A stretch of 38,459 bases of DNA from Natronincola sp. (GCA_012838515.1 DUPA01000012.1:1-38459), one strand, 5' to 3'; positions 8,270 to 17,839 are shown, counted from the stretch's first letter. Notes: generated by a model not told the origin, from the sequence alone. Numbers and translations: made by a program.

Positions 8270-8674
8270 TTACTTCCTCCTAGGAGCTGGTGTTGCCGGA
8301 GCTTCTTCCGTCTTTTTCTCTTGAGGAAAATGAACGCCTAAGACATGAAGATTCACTTCCTGCACATCTAGACCAGTCATTACTTCAATCGTTCGTTTAA
8401 CATTCTCCTGTATTTGTTCGGCAACCTCAGGAATATGGTAACCATATTCGATTATAACGAAGAGGTCAACCACACATTCATGTTCGCCTACTTCTACTTT
8501 TACACCCTTTGCAAGATTACGGTGCCCTAGCATTTCGGCGATTCCACCTGCAATACCCCCACTCATACCTGCTACACCCGGGATTTCTGTTGCAGCCAGA
8601 CCCGCAATAATTCCTACAACATCATTGGCAATTTTCAATTCTCCTATTTCGTTACGGTTTTCCTTTTCTGCCAT
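8270..8674 (-). CDS. Asp23/Gls24-family envelope stress protein
   Basis: 134 aa. IANDVVGIIAGLAATEIPGVAGM and a VKVEVGE...V.L. pattern typical of Asp23 (YqhY-like), located after accC as in Bacillus. Confidence 0.85.
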   Translation of the reverse strand: MAEKENRNEIGELKIANDVVGIIAGLAATEIPGVAGMSGGIAGGIAEMLGHRNLAKGVKVEVGEHECVVDLFVIIEYGYHIPEVAEQIQENVKRTIEVMTGLDVQEVNLHVLGVHFPQEKKTEEAPATPAPRRK

Positions 8675-8707
8675 TTTTACACACCTCCTATAGATTATTA
8701 TATCAGA

Positions 8708-10072
8708 CTATTTCTTATCAGACAATTTACGTTCTTCGAGCCATTGTTCTACAAAATCTGTGGTGAAATCAGCGTTACGGAATCTCTCATCACCCATCAT
8801 CTCTCGATGGAAAGGAATAGATGTTTCGATACCCTCCACAACCAGTTCTTGAAGACTTCTTTGCATGCGTTGAATGGCTTCTTCCCTATCCGGGGCCCAA
8901 GCAATAATCTTTGCAAACATGGAATCATAAAATGGCGAAATAACGTAACCTGTATGTGCGTGGCTATCCCAGCGCACGCCATTTCCACCCGGTACAAATA
9001 AAGTTTCGATCTTTCCAGGAGACGGTCTCGAGCCGACCCTTACTTCCTCTGCATTAATTCTGCATTCAATGGCATGACCGGAGGGCACTAAATCTTCTTG
9101 CCCATAGCCAAGTAACTCACCTGAAGCTAACCTAATCTGCTCTTTTACTAAATCAATACCGTAAACCATCTCAGTTACAGGATGCTCCACCTGTATTCTC
9201 GTATTCATCTCCATAAAATAAAAATTATTATGTTTATCAAGCAAAAACTCCATGGTGCCGGCATTTCGATAGTTAACGGCCTTGGCTCCTAAAACAGCCT
9301 TTTCACCCATATTCGCCCGTAAATCTTCACTCACCGCGGGGGAAGGGCACTCCTCTATAAGCTTCTGATGGCGACGCTGCAAAGAACATTCTCGTTCTCC
9401 GAAATGAACAACGTTACCAAAATTGTCCCCTAAAAGTTGCACTTCAATGTGTCTGGGGCCCTCAATAAATTTCTCCAAATAAACCGCATCATTATTAAAT
9501 GCGGCCGCGGCTTCGGCCCTTGCTGTACTAAAACCATGGAGAAGCTCTTCTTTATTTCTTGCTAAGCGCATACCTTTTCCTCCACCACCGGCACTGGCTT
9601 TAACTATTACCGGATACCCCAGCTTATCCGCTAACTCAACCAAAGATTTTTCATTGGTTACCTCACCGTCACTACCGGGAATAACGGGCACCCCTGCCGC
9701 TTTCATTGTGGCTTTTGCTTTTGTTTTATCGCCAAGAAGTTCAATTTGTTCTGCAGTCGGGCCTATAAAAACAATATTATGCGCTTCACACATTTCCGCG
9801 AACAGGGCCTGTTCACTTAGATAACCATATCCCGGATGGATACCTTCGGCCCCGTGGGCAACTGCCGCGGCCATTATATTTTGTAAATTCAAATAGCTTT
9901 CTTGGGAGGAAGCGGGACCTACGCAAACTGCTATATCTGCCATTTGCACATGAAGAGAATCACGATCCGCCTCCGAATAAACTGCAATAGTTTCTATGTT
10001 TAATTCGCGGCAAGCGCGAATAATGCGCACAGCTATTTCTCCTCTGTTCGCTATTAAAATTCTCCGTAACAT
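8708..10072 (-). CDS. accC: Acetyl-CoA carboxylase biotin carboxylase subunit
   Basis: 454 aa with ILIANRGEIAVRIIRAC, an ATP-grasp glycine loop GGGGKGMR, and EMNTRIQVEHPVTE. Confidence 0.95.
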   Translation of the reverse strand: MLRRILIANRGEIAVRIIRACRELNIETIAVYSEADRDSLHVQMADIAVCVGPASSQESYLNLQNIMAAAVAHGAEGIHPGYGYLSEQALFAEMCEAHNIVFIGPTAEQIELLGDKTKAKATMKAAGVPVIPGSDGEVTNEKSLVELADKLGYPVIVKASAGGGGKGMRLARNKEELLHGFSTARAEAAAAFNNDAVYLEKFIEGPRHIEVQLLGDNFGNVVHFGERECSLQRRHQKLIEECPSPAVSEDLRANMGEKAVLGAKAVNYRNAGTMEFLLDKHNNFYFMEMNTRIQVEHPVTEMVYGIDLVKEQIRLASGELLGYGQEDLVPSGHAIECRINAEEVRVGSRPSPGKIETLFVPGGNGVRWDSHAHTGYVISPFYDSMFAKIIAWAPDREEAIQRMQRSLQELVVEGIETSIPFHREMMGDERFRNADFTTDFVEQWLEERKLSDKK

Positions 10073-10082
10073 GGAGCACCTC

Positions 10083-10547
10083 CTAGGCTTTAGGGTCGAT
10101 TAAAACTAGCGGCTGCCCGAATTCGACTGCCTCACCGTTCTCAACAAGCACCTCTTTAACTACACCCTTTACCTCCGATTCGATTTCATTCATCATTTTC
10201 ATTGCTTCGATAATAAACAAAATCTGACCCTCACTTACGCTATCTCCCACTTGAATATAGGGGGCCGCATCGGGGGACGGAGCTCGATAAAAAGTGCCTA
10301 CCATAGGTGCTACCACTTCTATGTAACAGTGATCATTTTTTACACCGGCTTCGGGGCCGGGTTGAGAAACATTGACAACTGGTGAAGCCGCCGGTGTTGC
10401 CAGCACTTTCTCCACTATTTGCACTGGGGCTTCGGCTTTTTCTTCTTTTCTGATTCTTATTCGAAATCCTTCGTTTTCTATTTCTAACTCCACTATATCA
10501 GTGGAATCAACTAGCGTTGCTAGCTCTTTAATTTGCTTAAATTCCAT
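10083..10547 (-). CDS. accB: Acetyl-CoA carboxylase biotin carboxyl carrier protein
   Basis: EAMKMMNEI biotinylation motif. I chose the internal ATG (MEFKQIKEL...) at 10545-10547 because AGAGGTG lies 9 nt upstream. The track start at 10574 is the alternative. Confidence 0.88.
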   Translation of the reverse strand: MEFKQIKELATLVDSTDIVELEIENEGFRIRIRKEEKAEAPVQIVEKVLATPAASPVVNVSQPGPEAGVKNDHCYIEVVAPMVGTFYRAPSPDAAPYIQVGDSVSEGQILFIIEAMKMMNEIESEVKGVVKEVLVENGEAVEFGQPLVLIDPKA

Positions 10548-10610
10548 TAAAGTATACACCTCTTTCTGTTTCATTCTTGATTACTTTCGCTAATTTTCAT
10601 TCTTTTCCTC

Positions 10611-10639
10611 TAAAAAAGAAGCCTCCTTTTAGAGGCTTC
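10611..10639 (-). terminator. Rho-independent terminator after spoIIIAH
   Basis: GAAGCCTC (10632-10639 on the minus strand) pairs with GAGGCTTC across a 6-nt loop and is followed by T6 on the minus strand (plus-strand A-run 10612-10617). It lies 15 nt past the spoIIIAH stop. Confidence 0.7.
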
Positions 10640-10653
10640 CGCAAAAAAATATT

Positions 10654-11202
10654 CTAAACACCTAGCGTTTCATCGACGATTGTTATCCGGTCTAGTCTTA
10701 CATCGCACAATCTTTGCACTAGTTCACCTATTCGTGCCGCCTCTTCTTGACTGAGAGTAACAGGTACCACCACCGTAACAACATGGTGATCGATTATTGC
10801 TAACGCATCAACGTAACCCTTTGCTTTTAAAAGGCTTTCTATTTCCGTTTCCCGACTCATTTTTTCTATGAGCTTCCGAAGGTCCTCTTGTGCTTGCACT
10901 CTTCTTTGGCTGTCACTATGAGAATCGTAGGCTAGATTTTGTAACAATTCTGTTTGCCTGCTTCGAATCCTTTCTCTTTCCAATTTATATTCTGCAAATT
11001 TAGTTGGAATTGGGCGTACTGTCACAGGTTCTACAGATAACAAATTTTCCGAGATCCATTCGGCTTCTAGATCGACTACTTCATCTCGCTTTGCACTTCG
11101 ATCATCCTTAAACACAAAAACCAAGGCCAAGATCACCACAACAATAATTAAAACATTCCAAAAAAGCTTTTTCCACTTGACCACATAAAAATTAGCCATC
11201 AT
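10654..11202 (-). CDS. spoIIIAH: Stage III sporulation protein AH
   Basis: 182 aa with one N-terminal TM helix, a charged coiled region and a C-terminal YscJ-like domain. It is the last gene of an eight-gene spoIIIA array. Confidence 0.8.
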   Translation of the reverse strand: MMANFYVVKWKKLFWNVLIIVVVILALVFVFKDDRSAKRDEVVDLEAEWISENLLSVEPVTVRPIPTKFAEYKLERERIRSRQTELLQNLAYDSHSDSQRRVQAQEDLRKLIEKMSRETEIESLLKAKGYVDALAIIDHHVVTVVVPVTLSQEEAARIGELVQRLCDVRLDRITIVDETLGV

Positions 11203-11213
11203 TCCCCTCCTCC

Positions 11214-11750
11214 CTATTTTTTGAAAAGAACCTCTATACGATGCATGGGCAATTGTAAGGCGGTTGACACCGCCCGGGCTATTTCTAAGCGCAATTCCGC
11301 TTGCGGCTCATATTCCACTACAATCAATACTCCCCTAACAATTGGCTCTGACTCATCTAAAATTAAGGGCATTTCCTTACGTGATTCGTCATTGCGTAAT
11401 ATTACCGGCGTAGATGTCCATCTTCTTTCAACGGATCCATCAGATAAAGTACGTTCTTCTTCCGTCTCATTGCGCGCAATGTTAATCTGTGGACCGCGCT
11501 CCAATGTCAAAAATACTTGGCTTCTCTTTCCGCCTAATAAGGCATTTAAGATCTGGGTTAATTCTTTTTCCCAAGAACACTCATCTATATTTATATTTAC
11601 AGGAGCCGCTTGTTTAGAACCGGAATCTTGTATCTGAGTAACTTGCGTAGGGCTCAAAAGTAACACGGCAATCCCGATAATTGTTGCGATGGCAAGCCAA
11701 CCAATGATTTTACGTTGCTTTTCATTTAATCTGCTCCACAGCTCTCCCAC
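11214..11750 (-). CDS. spoIIIAG: Stage III sporulation protein AG
   Basis: 178 aa with an N-terminal TM helix and the C-terminal motif RGVLIVVEYEP...HRIEVLFKK typical of SpoIIIAG. GTG start with a GGGGGA SD. Confidence 0.8.
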   Translation of the reverse strand: MGELWSRLNEKQRKIIGWLAIATIIGIAVLLLSPTQVTQIQDSGSKQAAPVNINIDECSWEKELTQILNALLGGKRSQVFLTLERGPQINIARNETEEERTLSDGSVERRWTSTPVILRNDESRKEMPLILDESEPIVRGVLIVVEYEPQAELRLEIARAVSTALQLPMHRIEVLFKK

Positions 11751-11760
11751 GGAAATCCCC

Positions 11761-12249
11761 CTATTCCATGTACATTTCTACTATTGATATTTGACTTGAT
11801 GAAATATTTAAAGACCTTTCAACAATGGCCATAACCCTGTTTTCTATTTCCGATGTTAATGGCTTAAGCTTAATAAGTATGTGAGCATCTTCGTTAATGA
11901 TAACTTCGATATCTTCAATTGCTTCAAGCGTTAGAAGTAATCCTTCGATTTGCTTAGAAGCATTAAATTTTTCATTTTTTAAAAAGGGCTGCATAGCAAC
12001 TGTTCGAAGTTGATCACTGTCTTCGGCTAACCGTGTTTGAGGGTATTTCTGATCTAGTATGGTCATGGTATATTTCTCTGGATTGAGGTCAAAAAGTATG
12101 GTAAAAGGTTGTAATATGGCTAACATGAGCACTAGCCCCAGTACCAATCTGGAAAATTTACTTAAATTTCCCTCTGGGAGTAAAAGTTCTAAGATGCCCA
12201 TAACGGTTGTTAATCCTAATAGCATTTTTAACCATTGTTTCCAATACAT
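11761..12249 (-). CDS. spoIIIAF: Stage III sporulation protein AF
   Basis: The start is trimmed to the ATG at 12247-12249 (MYWKQWLKMLLGL...ELLLPEG), 5 nt past the spoIIIAE stop. The longer track ORF would overlap spoIIIAE by ~150 nt. Confidence 0.75.
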   Translation of the reverse strand: MYWKQWLKMLLGLTTVMGILELLLPEGNLSKFSRLVLGLVLMLAILQPFTILFDLNPEKYTMTILDQKYPQTRLAEDSDQLRTVAMQPFLKNEKFNASKQIEGLLLTLEAIEDIEVIINEDAHILIKLKPLTSEIENRVMAIVERSLNISSSQISIVEMYME

Positions 12250-12254
12250 CTTGT

Positions 12255-13424
12255 TCACCTCAAGAAAACAGCCAAATTGCCCAAACCGACTAAAATACTT
12301 ATGCATAAAAGAAACATTAGCGTAACGGCGCACAAGGAAATAAGAACTAAGGACAAGGAGCTTTCCATAATACTTAAGGCTTCTACCATACGAAAATCGC
12401 ATATGGGTTCTAACAAAACACCCACTATTTTATAAATAAAAATTGATGCAAGCATTTTTAAGACCGGTGTCAGCAAAATTAAAATTAGCATGACTAAGCC
12501 AAATACCCCGATCCCGTTTTTAATTAAAAGGGAGCCGCCTACTACCACTTCGACGGTATCGGCGAACACGCCGCCAACAATAGGTATGAAGGTTCTTGTA
12601 AAATATTTCGCGGCCCGTAAGGTTACCCCATCGGCCACGGGAGCAATTGCACCTTTAACGACCATGAAGCCGGAGAAAACAATAAAGAAAAAACTAAGTA
12701 TTGTTGTTACGCTCTGCCGGATTAAATCGCCTAATTTTGAAAAGGGCAAATCGGGAGTAAAGTGGGCAACTAAGCGAAACACTGTACTAAAAAGGATTAA
12801 AGGAAATATAAGATAATGAACTAAATTGGCAATTCCCCCCACTAGCCCCCAAAGAATGGGATGAAAGATAGTTGCGGAGGTAATGCCACCAACAGCCATT
12901 AGCAAGGTTGATAACATTGGCAAAATAGCTTGCATAAACGATACCATTTTGTCGACCGTTGCAGTTGCCAAAGCTAAAATAATTTGGAAACTTTGTAACC
13001 CCACTACTATAAAAATTAGAAAGCAAACTCCAAAAGCAAGATTTACCATGGATTTAGTTCCAAAAGAAGCAGATAATCGCTGAAGTAGGCTTGCTAAAAT
13101 TCCCAATACAATAAGTTGACGTAAAAAATGTACATTTAGATAAAGCTCCCGCAGAAAATTACTTATTAGCAACTGCAATAATTCTCCCGGTGAAGTACGA
13201 TTATCTTTTGAAAGTAGATCTCTCCAATTTAGACCCGGCAAGAAGTCTTGATATTCCCTTTCAAGAAGTTCAGCAAAGCGCAGCAAATTCCCCAAGTCCA
13301 ATGCATCAAGCTGGGCCTGGACAGACTCTTCAAGGGGTTGCAAATCAACTGTGTTATGTGCTTGGATGGTGAATGGCGGAAAAAGAAGCATAAAAATGAT
13401 CGTGTAAAGAATCTTTTGTTTCAT
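12255..13424 (-). CDS. spoIIIAE: Stage III sporulation protein AE
   Basis: 389 aa with a signal-like N-terminus and then a polytopic membrane protein. Position and size match SpoIIIAE. Confidence 0.9.
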   Translation of the reverse strand: MKQKILYTIIFMLLFPPFTIQAHNTVDLQPLEESVQAQLDALDLGNLLRFAELLEREYQDFLPGLNWRDLLSKDNRTSPGELLQLLISNFLRELYLNVHFLRQLIVLGILASLLQRLSASFGTKSMVNLAFGVCFLIFIVVGLQSFQIILALATATVDKMVSFMQAILPMLSTLLMAVGGITSATIFHPILWGLVGGIANLVHYLIFPLILFSTVFRLVAHFTPDLPFSKLGDLIRQSVTTILSFFFIVFSGFMVVKGAIAPVADGVTLRAAKYFTRTFIPIVGGVFADTVEVVVGGSLLIKNGIGVFGLVMLILILLTPVLKMLASIFIYKIVGVLLEPICDFRMVEALSIMESSLSLVLISLCAVTLMFLLCISILVGLGNLAVFLR

Positions 13425-13435
13425 GTCATCACCTA

Positions 13436-13831
13436 CTAAAATCCAAGTATTCCGAATAAGATATGAAGAATTGCCTGTAATACCGGTAAAGCGATCAATA
13501 AAATTACCAATTTACCCGCTAACTCCACAACTTTAGATATGGCTTCTTCCCCTGCCTCGCGGCAAACTTCCACGCCGAATGAAGTTATATAGGCTACACC
13601 GATCGTTTTCAGAACCGGGTTTAAATATAACGAACTAACAGACGCTTCCCTTGCTAATACGGTGAGGGTCTGTAAAGCAGTGGAAAAATGAGTGAGCAAA
13701 CTTCCGAGTACTATTACAACAAACGCCATTGATAAAAGAACCGCCCATGAAGGTTGCTCTTCCCTAAGCTGACTTTGAAAAACGGTTAAAACCAAGCCTA
13801 ATCCGATTACTAATGGCAACCAAAGCAACAT
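13436..13831 (-). CDS. spoIIIAD: Stage III sporulation protein AD
   Basis: The start is trimmed to the ATG at 13829-13831 (MLLWLPLVIGLG...), preceded by an AGGTGGTG SD. 131-aa membrane protein. Confidence 0.85.
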   Translation of the reverse strand: MLLWLPLVIGLGLVLTVFQSQLREEQPSWAVLLSMAFVVIVLGSLLTHFSTALQTLTVLAREASVSSLYLNPVLKTIGVAYITSFGVEVCREAGEEAISKVVELAGKLVILLIALPVLQAILHILFGILGF

Positions 13832-13835
13832 TGCT

Positions 13836-14033
13836 TCACCACCTAAAGACCGCTTCCACACTTGAGAAAAGCTGTCCAACCATTTGAACAAGCCATAAAA
13901 GAACAATGATTACCCCCGCCAAACTTAGCATCTGGGCCTGCTCTTTACGATCAGCTTGGACAAGAAAGATATTTAAAACAGCTATTAAGATTCCGAGGCC
14001 TGCAATCCGATAAATTGGAGATAAATCCGTCAA
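13836..14033 (-). CDS. spoIIIAC: Stage III sporulation protein AC
   Basis: 65-aa two-TM protein (..IYRIAGLGILIAVLNIFL..KEQAQML..), similar as I recall it to B. subtilis SpoIIIAC (FQIAGVGIVVAFLHTIL..KEYAQWV). I propose the TTG start at 14031-14033, downstream of a G6 run and of the spoIIIAB stop. The track start at 14099 would overlap spoIIIAB. Confidence 0.78.
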   Translation of the reverse strand: MTDLSPIYRIAGLGILIAVLNIFLVQADRKEQAQMLSLAGVIIVLLWLVQMVGQLFSSVEAVFRW

Positions 14034-14044
14034 TTGAACCCCCC

Positions 14045-14557
14045 CTAAAACAACAATAATACAATGAGAAGACCGGCGGAAAAGCCCATATATTGCCACA
14101 ACCTTGTATGTTTTTCTTGTTCACTTTTGGCTTCTTGTAGGGCTTGTTCCAATCTAATCAAAGTTTTCTTAATGTGTTTGGTTTGTTCAGACACATCATT
14201 AATGCCTAACACACGACCCAGTTCTTGCATGTCGCCCAGAACCTGGGACGGAAAACCCTCTTCACCTAGATTTATAATTCCATGCGCCCATACTTTGCTA
14301 AACTCTTCTCCCTCTTCGTTTTGTAGAGCATCATCCAATATCCGTAGAAATTCTGCTATTACACCGGAGTACTCGTTTTTTTGAATGGAAATGATATCCG
14401 GCAAAGTGGTACGGGCAAAATGAATTTCGGACTCTAAAATCTGAATGAACGATATTAATTGTCGCAAATTATACACGCGTTTCCCGTAGCTACCGGCGAC
14501 AATTAAGCCCATCATGCCACAAGAGAAAACGATTAATGCCGTGCCTATTAAGCGCAT
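14045..14557 (-). CDS. spoIIIAB: Stage III sporulation protein AB
   Basis: 170 aa with N- and C-terminal TM helices flanking a GspF-like soluble domain. It is the second gene of the array. Confidence 0.8.
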   Translation of the reverse strand: MRLIGTALIVFSCGMMGLIVAGSYGKRVYNLRQLISFIQILESEIHFARTTLPDIISIQKNEYSGVIAEFLRILDDALQNEEGEEFSKVWAHGIINLGEEGFPSQVLGDMQELGRVLGINDVSEQTKHIKKTLIRLEQALQEAKSEQEKHTRLWQYMGFSAGLLIVLLLF

Positions 14558-14581
14558 TACTTCACCCCTGTCCTAATAGTT

Positions 14582-15478
14582 TTATGCTCTTCCATCTATC
14601 CTTAGAACCGATTCAATTGTGCCGGGACCCAATCTTCGAGACAAAATTATGACAAGTTCAAATACGTATAGACTGTCCTTGGCCCAACGTCGAGTTTTTA
14701 GTTGCTCCCATGAATCACCATGACATGTGGCCATCACTTTAACTCCACTACGGGCTAGTTCCGCAAGGATCTCCGCATCTTGTCCGTGGCCTATTTCATC
14801 GGTAACAACAATTTCAGGGGCTAGACCCCTAATTGCATGGTGTATGCCGATTTCCTTGTTATACCCATCTAGAACATCTGTCTGTAAACCCACATCTAGC
14901 TGAGGGACACCCTTAAAGCTTGCAGCTATCTCCGATCTTTCATCAACGACAACCACTTGAAATCCTTTATTAGCAAGTTGTCTAGTTAGATCTCTCAATA
15001 GTGTTGTTTTACCGCAACCCGGAGGCGAAACAATCAAAGAAGATAAAAGGGATTTTCTCGTATCGGAGTAGACCCTATTTATTATTGAATTGGCAGCCCC
15101 CACCACTGCTTTGGCGTTTCTAAAATTTAAAGATGATATGTATTTAATGGTTTTTAAACTTCCGGCTTCAAATACTGCTTGACCGCATATGCCCACACGG
15201 TGACCGCCGGGCAAGGTTAAGTATCCTCCTTGTATTTCCTGTTCCCATGCGTACCAAGAATTTTTAGTAATAATCTGTAAAGTGCGCTCAAGATCGTCTT
15301 GAGAAACGAAATAGGCGTGTTCTTGTCTGCATGGTTCACCACCATGGGAAACATAAAAATAACCCTGTCTGTTTTTTATCATCAAAGGCCTGAAAAGACG
15401 GAGTCGTATTTCCTCCAAATCCTTTGAATCAATCTTTTGTAACCGTGTTCGCAAATTAGGCGCCAGAAAAGCTATCAA
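14582..15478 (-). CDS. spoIIIAA: Stage III sporulation protein AA (secretion-type ATPase)
   Basis: 298 aa with Walker A SPPGCGKTTLLRD and Walker B VVVVDE. TTG start with a GAGGGGTGG SD. Confidence 0.9.
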   Translation of the reverse strand: MIAFLAPNLRTRLQKIDSKDLEEIRLRLFRPLMIKNRQGYFYVSHGGEPCRQEHAYFVSQDDLERTLQIITKNSWYAWEQEIQGGYLTLPGGHRVGICGQAVFEAGSLKTIKYISSLNFRNAKAVVGAANSIINRVYSDTRKSLLSSLIVSPPGCGKTTLLRDLTRQLANKGFQVVVVDERSEIAASFKGVPQLDVGLQTDVLDGYNKEIGIHHAIRGLAPEIVVTDEIGHGQDAEILAELARSGVKVMATCHGDSWEQLKTRRWAKDSLYVFELVIILSRRLGPGTIESVLRIDGRA

Positions 15479-15497
15479 TTGACCACCCCTCTAACAC

Positions 15498-15527
15498 ACA
15501 CTATGCTAAGGGGGGACAAGTTATGAC
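15498..15527 (-). promoter_or_regulatory. Candidate SigE-type (mother-cell) promoter for spoIIIA
   Basis: The minus strand reads GTCATAAC (15527-15520) - 14 nt - CATAGTGT (15505-15498), resembling the B. subtilis SigE consensus (..CATA.. / CATAca.T). The leader would be very short, so this is tentative. Confidence 0.3.
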
Positions 15528-15558
15528 AAAAAAGGTTGCCCAAAATGGACAACCTTTT
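15527..15558 (-). terminator. Rho-independent terminator after the acidic zinc-ribbon gene
   Basis: The minus strand reads AAAAGGTTGTCC-ATTTTG-GGCAACCTTTTTTG: a stem with one mismatch followed by T6. Confidence 0.65.
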
Positions 15559-15597
15559 AGATGAAGCACTACTTAATAAAAAACAAGTCGTATTTAT

Positions 15598-16083
15598 TTA
15601 ATTATCATCGCCGGATTCATCGTCTTCATAGTCTCCGTCTTCGAAAAATAAATCGTGTTCCTCAAAATCATCGGTTTCAAACACAACTGCATCACAATGG
15701 GGGCAACATATTTGGACACCTTCGTCAAATAAGAAATCCTCATCAAAGGTAACTACTGCCCGACAATTCGGACAATCAACTTCCACTAAAGGATCATGCG
15801 AGTCATCCCAATCATCGAAAGTACAGTCACAGTCATCGTCTTCATCATCTTGAGAAAAAAGCTCGTCTTCCAAATCGGCTAAATCAAAATCAATCTCTTC
15901 CATGTACTCCTCTAAGTCGCATTGGGCTTCAATTAATTCGTCAACTTCAATGGCTAATTCGCCCACCACCTCGAGGATTTTTCCTAACAGAATCCCCACT
16001 TGTCCGTCTATAATGGATTCCTCCGCATCTACCAAACCACGCAAATAAGCCACTTTCTCGCGAATCGTTTCCAAAAAATCCAC
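15598..16083 (-). CDS. Highly acidic zinc-ribbon protein (uncharacterised; CD1247-N-like family as I recall)
   Basis: 161 aa, of which I count 59 D/E and about 5 K/R. It has a helical N-terminal third and then CPNC...x22...CPHC (a 4-Cys ribbon). Lies between efp and spoIIIAA. Confidence 0.6.
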   Translation of the reverse strand: MDFLETIREKVAYLRGLVDAEESIIDGQVGILLGKILEVVGELAIEVDELIEAQCDLEEYMEEIDFDLADLEDELFSQDDEDDDCDCTFDDWDDSHDPLVEVDCPNCRAVVTFDEDFLFDEGVQICCPHCDAVVFETDDFEEHDLFFEDGDYEDDESGDDN

Positions 16084-16100
16084 CTCCCATTTTTATGTTC

Positions 16101-16658
16101 CTAGGCTCTAGAAAGATATTCACCCGTCCTTGTATCAACCTTAACTTTCTCACCTTGTTCTACGAATAGGGGCACCTGCACTAATATACCCGTTTCTAAA
16201 GTTGCAGGTTTAGTGGCACCTTGGGCAGTATCCCCGCGAAACCCGGGCTCGGTTTCGGTTACCTCTAATATTACAGTTGTGGGCAAATCAACACCTATGG
16301 CTTGACCTTCATAAAACTGGATGCCAATAGTCATATTCTCCAGTAAATAATTGGGTGCATCGCCCAAGTCATCTTTGTTTAGAGAAAGCTGATCATAGGA
16401 TTCCGTATCCATGAAAAAATATTCTGAATCCGAGCTATATAGGTATTGCATTTGCTTGGTTTCAATATGGGCGCGTTCTATTTTTTCACCTGCACGGAAA
16501 GTTTTTTCTATGGTGGCACCTGTCCGAATGTTTTTTAATTTCGTTCTTACAAAGGCGGCTCCTTTACCGGGCTTAACATGTAAAAAATCTACAACGCTAA
16601 AAATAGCCCCCTCATATTCAATGGTAAGTCCCGTTCGTAAATCATTAACTGATATCAT
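16101..16658 (-). CDS. efp: Translation elongation factor P
   Basis: 185 aa: [17 protein letters not shown]...[16 protein letters not shown] (containing the conserved modified Lys). Confidence 0.95.
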   Translation of the reverse strand: MISVNDLRTGLTIEYEGAIFSVVDFLHVKPGKGAAFVRTKLKNIRTGATIEKTFRAGEKIERAHIETKQMQYLYSSDSEYFFMDTESYDQLSLNKDDLGDAPNYLLENMTIGIQFYEGQAIGVDLPTTVILEVTETEPGFRGDTAQGATKPATLETGILVQVPLFVEQGEKVKVDTRTGEYLSRA

Positions 16659-16670
16659 TGCAAATTCCTC

Positions 16671-17732
16671 CTATTCTACTACATACAATTCCTTAAAGGT
16701 AGATGTTAAAACATCGCATCCCTCATCGGTCACCACGACCATGTCTTCTATTCTTACCCCACCGAAATCGGGCAAATAAATACCCGGTTCAACCGTTACA
16801 ACCATTCCCGGTTCTAAAACAGTGTCATCCCTTCTGGAAAGACGTGGATTCTCATGAATCTCCAAACCAACCCCGTGACCTAAACCATGACCAAAATATT
16901 CACCGTAACCGGCATCGCTAATTATTTCGCGGGCGACCGCGTCAATTTCCGCTCCTGTTTTGCCCGGGGCAATGGCAGCTAACGATTCTTTTTGCGCCTT
17001 AAGAACGAGATCATAAATCAGCATATGCCTTTCTTCAGGCTCTCCAATTACTATCGTACGGGTCATATCGGAACAATACCCATTCACAATGCAACCAAAG
17101 TCAAATACAACAAAATCACCAACCGACAAAACCCGTTCCCCCGGTCGCGCATGGGGTAGTGCACTTCTAGGACCGGAAGCAACTATTGGATCAAAGGACA
17201 TGCCTTCTGCTCCCATTTTTCGTACAATATATTCGAGTTCTATGGCAAGTTCGCTCTCAGTTATTCCCGAATTGATAGTTGGTAATAGCTTTGCGAAAGC
17301 CCGATCACCTATTTGAGCCGCCTGCCGAATAAATTCAATTTCTTCGGACTTTTTAATAATGCGCATCTCTTGAACCCAACCGCCGATCGGCACAAATTTA
17401 GCGTTTAGATTCTTTTCCCATTCTTCTAAGAGCCCTACTGTAACAAAGTCCTTCTCGTAAACAATCTTCTTCACATTTTGATCATCAATTAAAGTTTTTA
17501 AAGATGTATTTACGTCTTCGATCTCAATTAACTCCCAATCGGGACATTGCTCCTTCACTTGCTCAACATAGCGAAAATCTGTTAAGATAGCCTGCTTATC
17601 AGCGGAAATCCAGACCGTGCCCGCGGAACCGGTAAACCCCGTTAAATACCTTCTATTAATCGGACTCGTAACTAAAAATACATCTGCTTCTTGAGCGCGC
17701 AGTTTATCTCTAATGCTATCTAATCGACGCAT
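16671..17732 (-). CDS. Xaa-Pro aminopeptidase/dipeptidase, M24B family
   Basis: 353 aa with a creatinase-like N-terminal domain. Metal ligands are seen in DFGC..GYCSDMTRT, HGLGHGVGLEIHE and VTVEPGIY...RIED. It lies upstream of efp as in Bacillus (yqhT-efp). Confidence 0.9.
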   Translation of the reverse strand: MRRLDSIRDKLRAQEADVFLVTSPINRRYLTGFTGSAGTVWISADKQAILTDFRYVEQVKEQCPDWELIEIEDVNTSLKTLIDDQNVKKIVYEKDFVTVGLLEEWEKNLNAKFVPIGGWVQEMRIIKKSEEIEFIRQAAQIGDRAFAKLLPTINSGITESELAIELEYIVRKMGAEGMSFDPIVASGPRSALPHARPGERVLSVGDFVVFDFGCIVNGYCSDMTRTIVIGEPEERHMLIYDLVLKAQKESLAAIAPGKTGAEIDAVAREIISDAGYGEYFGHGLGHGVGLEIHENPRLSRRDDTVLEPGMVVTVEPGIYLPDFGGVRIEDMVVVTDEGCDVLTSTFKELYVVE

Positions 17733-17810
17733 ATTTGCCCTCCTATTAATTCCATTAACACTATACTTTTCTAGTCGTTAATTAAAATCTCCTGCCAACT
17801 ACGTCCCTAA

Positions 17811-17839
17811 GAAAAAGAAAAACCCCGATATATGGGGTT
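17811..17839 (-). terminator. Rho-independent terminator after the 62-aa ORF
   Basis: The minus strand reads AACCCCATATATCGGGGTT followed by TTTCTTTTTC. The stem overlaps the TAA stop at 17838-17840. Confidence 0.6.

Noticed and set aside
15947-16153. 68-aa minus-strand ORF overlapping the efp 3' end and the zinc-ribbon gene 5' end
   Set aside because: It overlaps two well-supported genes in another frame, and its Gly/Arg-rich translation has no support.
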